Below, one piece after another: positions 26,480 through 36,186 of a DNA stretch of 64,000 nucleotides (the stretch's first letter is position 1; each line of letters opens with the position of its first letter). The notes beneath the pieces were generated by a model. The model searched no databases and was not told where the DNA came from. It was given only the letters and a program-made list of their open reading frames with translations. Origin of the DNA: Pseudomonadota bacterium (lineage in GTDB: Bacteria; Bdellovibrionota_B; Oligoflexia; Oligoflexales; CAIYRB01); assembly GCA_031416315.1 (NCBI GenBank), contig JANOTL010000132.1:16231-80230 (forward strand). Direction: 5' to 3'. A program made the translations under genes and the position numbers.

Positions 26480-28426
26480 ATGCAGAGAATGAGTGAGCCG
26501 GAAGAGACTCCGGGTACCGGTGGCAAGAATCCTGAAGCTCCCGAAGCGCTAGAGGCCGAGTCCGAGGGGGACGTCGAGGTTCTCGTGGATGAGCCGGATG
26601 TCGACGAAGACGAGGACAGTGACGAGCCGCGAGTCCCACGCGAGATCGCGCTGCAAGGGATCGCTCCCGAGAAGATCGCGCGCGTCATCGACACGTTCGA
26701 CGACCTACCGATGCACGAGCGACTGAAAGAGTCGGTCGCGAAAATTGGCTGGGAGAAGCCGACGGCCGTGCAGAAGCTCTGCCTGCCGTATAGCTTGCGC
26801 GGTCGCGACGTCGCCGGTTTCGCGCAGACCGGCACGGGCAAGACGGGCGTCTTCCTTCTGACGATCGCCAACAAGCTTCTCGAGCAGACGCCGGCCGGCG
26901 TCGACCTGAAGTCGCCGCGCGCTGTCGTGCTCGCGCCGACCCGCGAGCTCGCGATGCAGATCAACCAGGACGCCGAGTCGATCCTCGCGCACGTGGGGCT
27001 CAAGTCCCTCGCCGTGTTCGGCGGCATCGGCTACGACGAGCAGGCCGCGAAGATCCGCGAGGGCGTCGACGTCATCATCGCGACCCCCGGCCGTTTGATC
27101 GACTACGCCAAAAAGAACGTGGTCAATCTCAAGAACGTCAGCGTCTTCGTCTGCGACGAAGCCGACCGCATGTTCGACATGGGTTTCATCGAGGACGTCG
27201 AGTTCTTCTTGAAGCGCATCCCGGAGACGGCGCAAAAGCTGCTCTTTTCCGCGACGACCAACGAAGAAGTGAAAGAGCTGGCGTTCGAGTACCTCGAGAC
27301 GCCGGAATACATCTCGGTCACCCCGGAGACGATCACTCCGGAAAAGATCGAGATGCACGCAATCCACTGCCACGCGACCAACAAGCTGCGCGTCATGCTG
27401 GGCCTCTGGCAGGACCACAAACCGGCCTGCGCCCTGGTGTTCACCAATACGAAGCTCACGGCGGAGTGGCTGCACTTCAAGCTGGCGGGCAACGGCATCG
27501 AAGTCGACCTGATCACGGGCGACCTGCCGCAGAAGAAGCGCATCAAGCTCATCGAGACGATCAAAGAGGGCACGCTCAAAGCCCTGATCGCGACCGACGT
27601 CGCCAGCCGCGGCCTGCACATCGCCGGCGTCACGCACGTCTACAACTTCGATCTCCCGGACGACGCCTCGAACTTCGTCCACCGGGTCGGCCGGACCGCA
27701 CGCGCCGGCGCCCGCGGCCTCGCCTATAACTTGGTTTGCGACGACTACGGACACAACCTCGCGGCGATCAACGACCTCCTCGGCGAAAAAGTCGCGATGA
27801 AGTCCGAATGGTTCGACGAGAAGTACTTGGACATCGTCGACAAGGCGGGCAATCCGTTCGCGGATCGCTACAAGAAGAAATTCGACGAGGAATATCGCGA
27901 AGGTCCTCGCGGCGGCGACCGCGGCGGCAGCGATCGGGGCCGCTTCGACGGCCCGCGTGGCGCCAGCGCCAGCGATCGCCCGCGTCACGACGGACCGCGC
28001 CCGGACGGACCGCGCCCGGACGGACCTCGCCCTGACGGACCGCGCGGCGATCGGCCGGATCGCGACCGCGGCCCGCGCTCGGGAGCGCGCAACGATCGGC
28101 CGGATCGCGACCGTCAGGACCGCGACCAGCCGCAGCGCATGAACGGTCCGCGTCCTCAAGGCGGTGCGCCGCAGCAACAAGCGCAAGGCGGCGACCTGGG
28201 ACCGGACGGGAAGAAGAAGCGTCGCCGTCGTCGCGGACGCGGCAAGGGCGAAGGTGCCGAAGGCGCACCGCAAGGTGGTCAACGCGCGCAAGGCCAGCAA
28301 GGCGGGCCGCGCTCGAACGCCGGTCGCTCGGGGCATGGCCAGCAGATCGCGCGGAGCGAGTCGACGGGCTTCTTCGGCATGGTGAAGCGCTTGTTCCGGC
28401 TCTTGTTCGGTGGTGGGAAGAAGTAA
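26480..28426 (+). CDS. DEAD-box RNA helicase (RhlB-like) with disordered termini
   Basis: AQTGTGKT, PTRELA, DEAD, SAT, HRVGRTAR. Confidence 0.95.
   Translation: MQRMSEPEETPGTGGKNPEAPEALEAESEGDVEVLVDEPDVDEDEDSDEPRVPREIALQGIAPEKIARVIDTFDDLPMHERLKESVAKIGWEKPTAVQKLCLPYSLRGRDVAGFAQTGTGKTGVFLLTIANKLLEQTPAGVDLKSPRAVVLAPTRELAMQINQDAESILAHVGLKSLAVFGGIGYDEQAAKIREGVDVIIATPGRLIDYAKKNVVNLKNVSVFVCDEADRMFDMGFIEDVEFFLKRIPETAQKLLFSATTNEEVKELAFEYLETPEYISVTPETITPEKIEMHAIHCHATNKLRVMLGLWQDHKPACALVFTNTKLTAEWLHFKLAGNGIEVDLITGDLPQKKRIKLIETIKEGTLKALIATDVASRGLHIAGVTHVYNFDLPDDASNFVHRVGRTARAGARGLAYNLVCDDYGHNLAAINDLLGEKVAMKSEWFDEKYLDIVDKAGNPFADRYKKKFDEEYREGPRGGDRGGSDRGRFDGPRGASASDRPRHDGPRPDGPRPDGPRPDGPRGDRPDRDRGPRSGARNDRPDRDRQDRDQPQRMNGPRPQGGAPQQQAQGGDLGPDGKKKRRRRRGRGKGEGAEGAPQGGQRAQGQQGGPRSNAGRSGHGQQIARSESTGFFGMVKRLFRLLFGGGKK
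27989..28045 (+). repeat. 15-bp tandem repeat GACGGACCKCGCCCK x~4 (encodes DGPRP)
   Basis: Read directly from sequence. Confidence 0.9.
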
Positions 28427-28439
28427 GGACTCGATCACT

Positions 28440-29270
28440 TTATTGAGTGATCACGAGTTCATCCGCGGCGAGCTCCACCAAACGTGGAGGCTCGCCGCGT
28501 TGCATGAAGGCAATCGCGACTTCGCCGTCTAGGCGCGCGCGGGCGCCCGAAACCGACCCCGCATGGATCGTCGCCATCACGCCGCCGTGGCCCGTTCGCT
28601 TGGCTGCATGGAATACGGCGAGCTCCTCCGCGCCGCGGATCTCACCGAGAACGATGCGATCCGGCCGCAAGCGCAGCGATTCCTCCAAAAGGCGCGTCAG
28701 CCCGAAGCCGCCACGGCCGGCAAGGCTCGGCGGCCGCACGACGAGGCGGATCCATCCGGGCGCGGCCGCGGGCAACTCGGGAAGCGACTCGAGAATCACG
28801 ACGCGCTCGTCCGGCGCGCACTCGCGCAATAGCGCCGCGAGCAGCGAGGTCTTGCCGCTACCGGTCGTGCCGGCGACGACGAGGGGGCGTTGCCTCGAGA
28901 CGAGGCGTCGCAGACTTTCGACGTGCTCCGCTGCCTCGGCGAACGAGGCCAGCGAAAGTGAGTCGAAACGATGGCGGCGGATGCTGAGTAGAGGCCCGTC
29001 AGGAGAAAGCGGCGGCAGAACCGCGTGCCACCGATAGCTCGCGTTGTCGAGGGAGCCTCCCGTCGCCGGCGCCATGGGGTCCAGTCTCGAGCCTTGCGCC
29101 GTCGCGAACTCATGCAGCCACTCGACGAAGACGTCGACCGAGGCGAAGGGCGAGGCGCGATGCTCCGCCTGCGTTCCGCGCAAGACTGTCATGCCGCGTG
29201 CCGCATTGAGCAAGAGCTCGTCGACGCGTGGATCCTCGAAATACCGGCTGATTGAGACAGGCAGCGACAT
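28440..29270 (-). CDS. CpaF/TadA/VirB11-family ATPase, short orphan
   Basis: GGAGG SD; SIRRH, GTTGSGKTS, RLRPDRIVLGEIRG, TGHGGVMATIHA. Confidence 0.87.
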   Translation of the reverse strand: MSLPVSISRYFEDPRVDELLLNAARGMTVLRGTQAEHRASPFASVDVFVEWLHEFATAQGSRLDPMAPATGGSLDNASYRWHAVLPPLSPDGPLLSIRRHRFDSLSLASFAEAAEHVESLRRLVSRQRPLVVAGTTGSGKTSLLAALLRECAPDERVVILESLPELPAAAPGWIRLVVRPPSLAGRGGFGLTRLLEESLRLRPDRIVLGEIRGAEELAVFHAAKRTGHGGVMATIHAGSVSGARARLDGEVAIAFMQRGEPPRLVELAADELVITQ

Positions 29271-29341
29271 CAGGCCCTCCACGCTCCAAATTGCCGCAGA
29301 GCGGCCGGGATTGCGAAGGACATGGGAGTCGCGTACGCAGG

Positions 29342-31681
29342 CTAGGCGTCAGCTTCCTCAGATTCAGGAGGCGCGCTCGGGTCTCCGGGCGTCGCGCCTT
29401 CGGGCCCCTCGACGACCGCTTTGCACGACGGACAGATGTAGCGCGTTCCGTCGCGTTTGGTGACCTTCTCGGTGAGCAGCGGGAAGTTGCAAGCCTCGCA
29501 GGCCTTGTTGACTGGCTTGTCCCAGACCGCGTACTGACAGCCTGGGTAGTTGGTGCAGCCCCAGAAGGTCTTCCCCGTGCGCGTGCGACGCGGGACTAAG
29601 CCGCCGGAGCAGCCTTCCTCGGGGCAGGCGACGTCGGACTTCGGGCTCTTCACCGTCGGGCAAGTCGGGTAGTCGACACACGCGATGTAGTCGCCGTAGC
29701 GACCGCTGCGGATGACCATCTGCTTGGTGCAACGCGGGCAAGCGTCGCCGGAGTATTTCGGCTCGGTGACCACGATCTTGCCGTCGGGGTCGCGGACGAA
29801 CTCGCGCGTGTTGCGGCACTTCGGGTAGTTCTGGCAACCAAGGAATTCGCCGCGGGAAGACCACTTGATGTGGAAGACGCCCTCGCAGCGGTCGCACTTG
29901 ATATCGGTCGGCTCGGACGAGGCCTTGACGTTGCGCATGCCGGCTTCGGCGGCCTTCACCTTCTCAGAGAAGGGCTTGTAGAAGTCCTTCAAGAGAACGC
30001 GCCATTTGACGGTGCCCTCCTCGACCGCGTCGAGGCTCTCTTCCATGCCGGCCGTGAAGGTGACGCTCAAGATGTCCGGGAAGGCCTCGACGAGGAGCTC
30101 GTTCACCTTCTCGCCGAGCACCGTGGGCTCGTAGCGATTGTCCGTCTTCTTGATGTAGCCGCGGTCGACGATGGTCGAAAGGATCGTGGCGTAAGTCGAC
30201 GGGCGGCCGATGCCCTTCTCGTCGAGCTCTTTGACCAAGGAGGATTCGTTGAAGCGCGGGGGCGGCTGCGTGAAGTGCTGCTGGAGGTCGACCTCCTTCA
30301 ACGTCAGAGCCTCGCCCTCTTTCAGCGCCGGGAGCATGTTGCCCTCGTTGCTGCCGTCGTCGTCCTCGTTGTCGGCGCGCTTGTTCGCTTCGTCCTGACC
30401 CTCTTCGTAGACCTCGAGGAAGCCTTTGAAGAGGAGACGCGAGCCCGTGGCGCGCAGGCCGATCTTGCCGCCGTCGGCGTCGAAGTCGACGGACATCTGG
30501 TCGTAGACGGCCGGTTTCATCTGACAGGCGATGAAGCGGTTCCAAATCAAGCGATAGAGCGCGAGCTGGTCCTTCGACACGACCTTCGACACGCTTTCGG
30601 GCGAATAATCCAAAGTGGTCGGGCGGATGGCTTCGTGAGCGTCCTGCGCCGACTTCTTCGTCTTGTACTGGATCGGCTTGTCCGGGACGTTGTCGGCGCC
30701 GTATTTTTCCTGGATGTAGGTGCGCGCGGCGATGACCGAGTCGTCAGAGAGACGCGTGGAGTCGGTACGCATGTACGTGATGAGACCGACGGGGCCCTCG
30801 CCCTCGACCTCGATGCCTTCATAGAGGCTTTGCGCCACCGACATCGTGCGCTTCACGTTGAAGCCGAGCTTTCGGTAGGCTTCCTGCTGCAGCTTCGACG
30901 TCGTGAACGGGGGAACCGGGTTCTTCTTCCGCTCGCGCTGCTGCACGCTCTTCACGCTGATCTTTTGGCTCTCGATCCGCTTCTTGATCGAGGTGGCATC
31001 TTTTTCCGCCTGGACCTTGAGGTCCTTGCCGATTTTTTGGCCATCCACGGTCGTGAGACGCGCGAGCACTTGCGGCGGGGCCGAGGCGTCCATGGAGACG
31101 TCGACGGTCCAGTACTCTTCCGGCTTGAACTTGCGGACCTCGCCCTCGCGCTCGCAGAGGAGGCGGACGGCGACGGACTGCACACGACCTGCGGAAAGGC
31201 CGCGTTTGACCTTTTTCCAGAGGAGCGGGCTGATCTGGTAGCCCACGAGGCGGTCGAGAATGCGGCGCGCCTGCTGCGATTCGTATTTCTTGATGTCGAG
31301 GACGGAGGGATTGCCGATGGCGTCGAGGACGCCCTTCTTCGTGATCTCTTGGATCAGGACCCGCTGCACCATGCCCGGCGGCTTGCTCAGCTCGGAGGCG
31401 ATGTGCCAGGCGATGGCTTCGCCTTCACGGTCGGGGTCAGGGGCGAGGTATACGGACTCGGCGATGCCGGCGGCGGTGGTGATTTCCTTGAGGATCTTCT
31501 CTTTGCCGGGGATCGTGACGTACTGAGGCTCGAACTCTTTTTCGACGTCGACGCCGAGGGAGCGGTCGGGGAGATCCTTGACGTGTCCCTTCGAAGCGAG
31601 GACTTCATAATCCTTCCCGAGATACTTCTTGAGCGCCTTTACTTTGGTTGGCGACTCGACGACGACCAGATACTTAGCCAT
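29342..31681 (-). CDS. topA: DNA topoisomerase I
   Basis: VVESPTK, DPDREGEAI, SAGRVQS, ITYMRTDS, QDAHEAIRPT, GIGRPST, C-terminal zinc ribbons. Confidence 0.98.
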   Translation of the reverse strand: MAKYLVVVESPTKVKALKKYLGKDYEVLASKGHVKDLPDRSLGVDVEKEFEPQYVTIPGKEKILKEITTAAGIAESVYLAPDPDREGEAIAWHIASELSKPPGMVQRVLIQEITKKGVLDAIGNPSVLDIKKYESQQARRILDRLVGYQISPLLWKKVKRGLSAGRVQSVAVRLLCEREGEVRKFKPEEYWTVDVSMDASAPPQVLARLTTVDGQKIGKDLKVQAEKDATSIKKRIESQKISVKSVQQRERKKNPVPPFTTSKLQQEAYRKLGFNVKRTMSVAQSLYEGIEVEGEGPVGLITYMRTDSTRLSDDSVIAARTYIQEKYGADNVPDKPIQYKTKKSAQDAHEAIRPTTLDYSPESVSKVVSKDQLALYRLIWNRFIACQMKPAVYDQMSVDFDADGGKIGLRATGSRLLFKGFLEVYEEGQDEANKRADNEDDDGSNEGNMLPALKEGEALTLKEVDLQQHFTQPPPRFNESSLVKELDEKGIGRPSTYATILSTIVDRGYIKKTDNRYEPTVLGEKVNELLVEAFPDILSVTFTAGMEESLDAVEEGTVKWRVLLKDFYKPFSEKVKAAEAGMRNVKASSEPTDIKCDRCEGVFHIKWSSRGEFLGCQNYPKCRNTREFVRDPDGKIVVTEPKYSGDACPRCTKQMVIRSGRYGDYIACVDYPTCPTVKSPKSDVACPEEGCSGGLVPRRTRTGKTFWGCTNYPGCQYAVWDKPVNKACEACNFPLLTEKVTKRDGTRYICPSCKAVVEGPEGATPGDPSAPPESEEADA

Positions 31682-31688
31682 GGGTATC

Positions 31689-32174
31689 CTAGTGGTATTG
31701 ATCTCGCGCTTCGCCCGAGCGTAGCACGAGCGCGGCGGCCGTCCCCGTCGAATTGCCCGAAACCCTTAGGATCTCTTGAAGAACACCGGCGATATCGGCG
31801 GCTTCCCAATCGCGGCTGTCGACCTGGCGGAAGCCGTCGATGAGGCGCTCAGCGGCTTCGAAGCCGAGGATGCCGAGGCGACGGGCGCGCTCAATCTCCC
31901 GCCAGATGCGAGGATGAACGTAGGCGCGCTCCGCGGGGTGTTGAACGCGGATCGACTCCGGATCTGCGACGAGCATGCTCAGCGCGTCCATGACGTTGCC
32001 CGAGAGGCTGGCGCGCTCGAGCCATTCGAGAGCAGCGCAGATCCCTTCGGCGGAGAAGCCTTTCTCCGCCAGCAGCGCTTTCAGCTGGCCGTCCTCTTCG
32101 AGCGTGACGCCTTCGCGCTGGACCATGCCCGCGATCGACTGGACAACCTGCCACCATTCTTGCTGCTGAATCAA
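31689..32174 (-). CDS. smg: Smg/DUF494-like protein
   Basis: L..KGF...I.AALEWL, SIRV.HP.E; position between dprA and topA. Confidence 0.75.
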   Translation of the reverse strand: MIQQQEWWQVVQSIAGMVQREGVTLEEDGQLKALLAEKGFSAEGICAALEWLERASLSGNVMDALSMLVADPESIRVQHPAERAYVHPRIWREIERARRLGILGFEAAERLIDGFRQVDSRDWEAADIAGVLQEILRVSGNSTGTAAALVLRSGEARDQYH

Positions 32175-32213
32175 TTGAAACTCCTCTGCCGCCGCTCGGG
32201 GGAGCGCGGGGGT

Positions 32214-33146
32214 TCAGGCGTCGTCATGCGTGGAGTGACAATAGGAATAGTCGTTCCCGGAATGTTTGTCCAGGACCCCCCCAGCGTTGGTAAAAGCCCG
32301 TGCGCCGTCGGCCAAAAGCGCCGCGCCGCCGGCCGCCCGTATGTCACCGGGCGGATGGGTCAGAACCGCCAAATCTCGCCCTTGGTCCAAAGCTTGGCGC
32401 GCCGTGATCATCGCGCCGGACGCGCGCGCGGCCTGCATGACGTAGGTCGTCTTCGAAAGCCCGCAGATGATGCGGTTGCGCGCCGGAAAGTCGTGAGGAC
32501 GGGCTTCCGCGCACCACAAGCGCTCAGAGACAAAGAGCGCCCCGCGCTGGCGAAGCGCGTCAAAGTAGCGGCGGTTGGCCTCTGGATAGAACCGGACCAG
32601 GCCGCCGGCCAAAACGATGATGGCTGGCGCCGGATCGTGTCGGGTCGCCAGCACCCCGGCATGCGCCGCGATGTCGCAGCCCAAGGCCCCGCCGCTGACG
32701 ACGACGTGACCGGCATCCGCGAGCAGTCGACCCAGCGCGAAGCTTTCGTGGAGGGCGTGGGCCGAAGCCTTGCGGGAGCCGACGACAGCGCTCCGTTGCG
32801 TCTTCCGAAGAAGCGAGGCGTCGCCGAGAAGCGTGAGGACCAACGGCGGATCCGGGATCGCGGCGAGATCTTCCGGGTAAGCCTCGTCGCCCAAGGTTAG
32901 AAGGCTGCCCCCGGCGGCCTCGACCGCGGCGACGTGGGCGCGCGCGGCGACAAGGAGAGCGGCGCCTTCGACATCATTAAGGCAACGCGCGAATGCGTCG
33001 TAGTGGGCGCTGCCCTCCCGACGCCAGTAGTGAAGGAGCGCCTCGTAACCTGAGAGCGACGGCGGCGGCGGCGGCGCGAGCCAGCGGAATCGCGACTGGG
33101 CGAGGACGTGGGCGAGCATGATGCTGTCGGCGTAAGAGCGTTCCAT
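32214..33146 (-). CDS. dprA: DNA-processing protein DprA
   Basis: YPEDL.AIPDPP, AVVGSR, VSGGALGCDIAAH, FPARNRII, SGAMITA. Confidence 0.92.
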   Translation of the reverse strand: MERSYADSIMLAHVLAQSRFRWLAPPPPPSLSGYEALLHYWRREGSAHYDAFARCLNDVEGAALLVAARAHVAAVEAAGGSLLTLGDEAYPEDLAAIPDPPLVLTLLGDASLLRKTQRSAVVGSRKASAHALHESFALGRLLADAGHVVVSGGALGCDIAAHAGVLATRHDPAPAIIVLAGGLVRFYPEANRRYFDALRQRGALFVSERLWCAEARPHDFPARNRIICGLSKTTYVMQAARASGAMITARQALDQGRDLAVLTHPPGDIRAAGGAALLADGARAFTNAGGVLDKHSGNDYSYCHSTHDDA

Positions 33147-33296
33147 GCGGGCGAAGCTACGACGGCGGTTGCCGCGGGAGAAGCGACATCGCATGTCCAA
33201 CGAGTTGACAGGGTTGCCTGGCTTCTCCATTTGCGACGCAGAGTTACGGGTGGAGTGAGTCTTGCTTCAACTGGCTCACTGCATTTGGGAGCCGAT

Positions 33297-34391
33297 ATGA
33301 CCGTTCGCATCTGGGCTGCTGCTACCGTCTCGCTGGCGCTCTTCGCCTGCAACTCGAGCGACTTCAACGGCGCCGGCGGAAAGAAGCCCGCCGTCGAAAA
33401 GAAGAAAGTGGACGATCCGCAGGTGACCAAGCCGAACGCGAATCCGCAGCCGGGCACTCCCGTGCCGCCCGACGCGAAGCAGGAGACCGAGTCGTTCGCG
33501 ATCGCGCAGAGCGAAGGTCTCATCGACATGGTCTGGCTGATCGACAACTCGGGCTCGATGCGCGAGGAAGCGAGCCAAGTGCGCGACAACTTCGATAAGT
33601 TCTTGAGCACGATCCAAGCGCGCTCCGACATGAGGATCGCCTTGATCTCGAGCAAGGACCGCGCGGATTCGCTCGGGGGCTCGACCGGCGTGACCTTGCC
33701 GTTCAGCGCCGAGCAAGCCGGCGGCATCCAGATCGATTCCTACGTCGACAGCACCAACGCCTTGATGCTCGCCGCGATGGCGACCTGCCCGGCGAATACG
33801 ACGGTGGTGCCGCCGGAAAATTCGGAAGATCCGTTCGCGACGGCGACCGGCAAGACCTGCGGCAAGGAGCTCGCGCTCGATTTCTTCGCGTCTTCCCTCT
33901 ACAAAGACGTCCCCGGGGTCCTCAGCACCTTCTTTCGCCCGCAGGCAAAGAAAGTTTACGTGATCGTGACCGATGATACGGCGGATACGGTCAACGACAC
34001 CAACTTCCTCGAACTTATCCGGCCGTACCAGGGCGCAGTCGCCCCGTCCGTCTTCGCGTTCATCGGCACCGAGTCGAAAGATGGCTGCGACATCGCGCAA
34101 CGCGGCACGCCGTACGAAGCCCTGGCCGCGAAGACCGAAGGCGCGACCTTCGACATCTGCGAGAAAGACTGGACGAAGAACTTCGACAAGCTGAGCAAGG
34201 CCGTCATCGGCCTCGCGAGCGCGCAATTTATGCTCAAAGCGACAACCGTCGGCCAGATCGTGTCGGTCACCGTCGACGGCAAGCCTCTCGCGGCCGGCTC
34301 GTTCACCGTCGCCGGCAACGTCGTGACCCTCGATCAGAAGCAGATGCCGACCGGCGCCAAGACGCTGCTCGTCACATACGTCAAACCTTGA
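33297..34391 (+). CDS. vWA-domain lipoprotein
   Basis: LFAC lipobox; IDNSGSM MIDAS, IVTDD; C-terminal beta-sandwich. Confidence 0.82.
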   Translation: MTVRIWAAATVSLALFACNSSDFNGAGGKKPAVEKKKVDDPQVTKPNANPQPGTPVPPDAKQETESFAIAQSEGLIDMVWLIDNSGSMREEASQVRDNFDKFLSTIQARSDMRIALISSKDRADSLGGSTGVTLPFSAEQAGGIQIDSYVDSTNALMLAAMATCPANTTVVPPENSEDPFATATGKTCGKELALDFFASSLYKDVPGVLSTFFRPQAKKVYVIVTDDTADTVNDTNFLELIRPYQGAVAPSVFAFIGTESKDGCDIAQRGTPYEALAAKTEGATFDICEKDWTKNFDKLSKAVIGLASAQFMLKATTVGQIVSVTVDGKPLAAGSFTVAGNVVTLDQKQMPTGAKTLLVTYVKP

Positions 34392-34407
34392 ATGCGGCCG
34401 GCCACGC

Positions 34408-36186
34408 TCAACCCTTGTCCGTCCGATCGCCGACGCGCACTTCGCGCTTTTGCTGCACGATGTAGCCCACGGCCCCGGCGTCAGTCGCGTCGATGATGCG
34501 CATCACGCCGATTTTTTCGTAGTCCTCGGGCAGGTTGGTGCTGCCGAACGCGCTCGTGATGTATCCCGGCGTCTGATAAATCGGCAGGTACATGCCGGGC
34601 GTGATGCCGTCGCCGTTGCCCTTGTCCAAGAATGCGTAGCTGCCCTGGCCACCGACCTCTTGCCAGTAGTAGGCGAAGCCGACGACGTGCGCCTCGGCGG
34701 AGCCGACCGAGCCGACGCGCTCACCGTTCGGGATCGTGCGATTGGTCGAGATGTAGTTGACCAGGATGTCGTTGGGGCGCACCCCGAGGCGCCCCCCCTT
34801 CTGCACGCGGCCCGTGTAGACTTCCTCGCCTACGTTCTTTTCGACCTTCAGATGCGCCACGAAGTAGTACTTGTAGCCGACGAAGTCCCCGGTCTCCGGA
34901 CTGTCGATCTCTTCGCCTGGACGGAGGAGAGTATAGGTCGTTCCCGTGGCGATGGTGCCGGTGGCCTCTAGGATCACGCGCTCTTCGGGAGCGGCCATCA
35001 GCTCGCCTTCGCGGCCGCCGATGATGTAGGCCAAGGGCTCTTTTTCCTCGGCGAAGATGAAGCCGGGGACTTGGACGCTGATCTCGCTGCCGTCGAAGCG
35101 CTTGCCGACGACCATCAGCTCGTCTTGCAGGGCGTCGACGCCCTCGGGACCGATCACCTCGACGCCGGGCGGCTCCTCGAAGGCCGGATCTTCGGGATAG
35201 GTCACCTTTTCAGCGACGAGCTCGGCTTCCTCGATCTCACCTTTGTCGATCGGGATCACGTCCTCTTCGGCGACGACCTGCAGATAGGGCGGCGTCTCGT
35301 CGTCGCCCGGATAGAACCTCAGGCGCATGTTCGGGAAGATGAAGTGCGGGTTCTTGATCTCGGGGTTCAAGGCCCACAAGCGCGGCCAGTAACCCGGCTC
35401 GTCGAGGAGCTGGTCGCAAATGTCGAAGAGGGTGTCGCCCGGCTGCACGCCGTATTCTTCCGGCGCCTCGCCTTCGGCCATGAGGCGCATCGTGCCGGGA
35501 ACGGGGGGCGCGCCGGCGAACTCGTTCGGTGGGGGGATGGGCGGAGCCTTGATCTCCGGCTCTGGCGGCGGGGGCGGCGTGAGCGCGGCGTTCCCGGCAT
35601 CGCCGGTGGCATCGTTCGTCGGGACGGCGTTCCCAGTGCCCGAGCCCGGATTGCCGACGGCGGGATTGACGCCGCCGGCGGCGGCCGCCGGGTTGCCGAC
35701 GGGCACGGCAGGATTGCCGGCCGGGACCGCGGCGCCGTTGACGGGGACCGGGGGCACAGTGCCGTTGGCGACGTTGCCCGGCAGCGCGTTCGCCGGCGCC
35801 GCGCCCGGTTTCGGTTTAACCTCGGGCTGCTCGGCGGCGGGATCGGCGGTGCCGAACGCGGAGACGTCGCCGCCGTTGGCGCCGGCCTTGTTGTTGCCGA
35901 CGTTCACCGGCTTGTCGTCGAAGATGTCGTTGCCGCCGCCGCCGGAGTCGCCGTTGTTGATCGAGTTGCCGATGTCGAAGTCGCTGCCGCCGTTGTCCGC
36001 CGGAAAGTCGTCGACCGCCGGGTTGCCGCCGGCGCCGTTATCCGCGCCGCCGCCGCCGATCTCGTTGACGTTGTCGGTCGGCGTCGCCTGCTCGAGGCCT
36101 TCCTGCGAGTTCAAATCGCCTTGCGCCCGCGCTTGGACGGGCGCGAACGCGGCGATCACGAGAAGGAGGACGCGTCTCGAAGTCAC
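34408..36186 (-). CDS. LysM peptidoglycan-binding protein with long Gly/Asn/Pro-rich N-terminus
   Basis: Signal peptide; YGVQPGDTLFDI...WPRLWALNPEIKNPHFIFP. Confidence 0.88.
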   Translation of the reverse strand: MTSRRVLLLVIAAFAPVQARAQGDLNSQEGLEQATPTDNVNEIGGGGADNGAGGNPAVDDFPADNGGSDFDIGNSINNGDSGGGGNDIFDDKPVNVGNNKAGANGGDVSAFGTADPAAEQPEVKPKPGAAPANALPGNVANGTVPPVPVNGAAVPAGNPAVPVGNPAAAAGGVNPAVGNPGSGTGNAVPTNDATGDAGNAALTPPPPPEPEIKAPPIPPPNEFAGAPPVPGTMRLMAEGEAPEEYGVQPGDTLFDICDQLLDEPGYWPRLWALNPEIKNPHFIFPNMRLRFYPGDDETPPYLQVVAEEDVIPIDKGEIEEAELVAEKVTYPEDPAFEEPPGVEVIGPEGVDALQDELMVVGKRFDGSEISVQVPGFIFAEEKEPLAYIIGGREGELMAAPEERVILEATGTIATGTTYTLLRPGEEIDSPETGDFVGYKYYFVAHLKVEKNVGEEVYTGRVQKGGRLGVRPNDILVNYISTNRTIPNGERVGSVGSAEAHVVGFAYYWQEVGGQGSYAFLDKGNGDGITPGMYLPIYQTPGYITSAFGSTNLPEDYEKIGVMRIIDATDAGAVGYIVQQKREVRVGDRTDKG

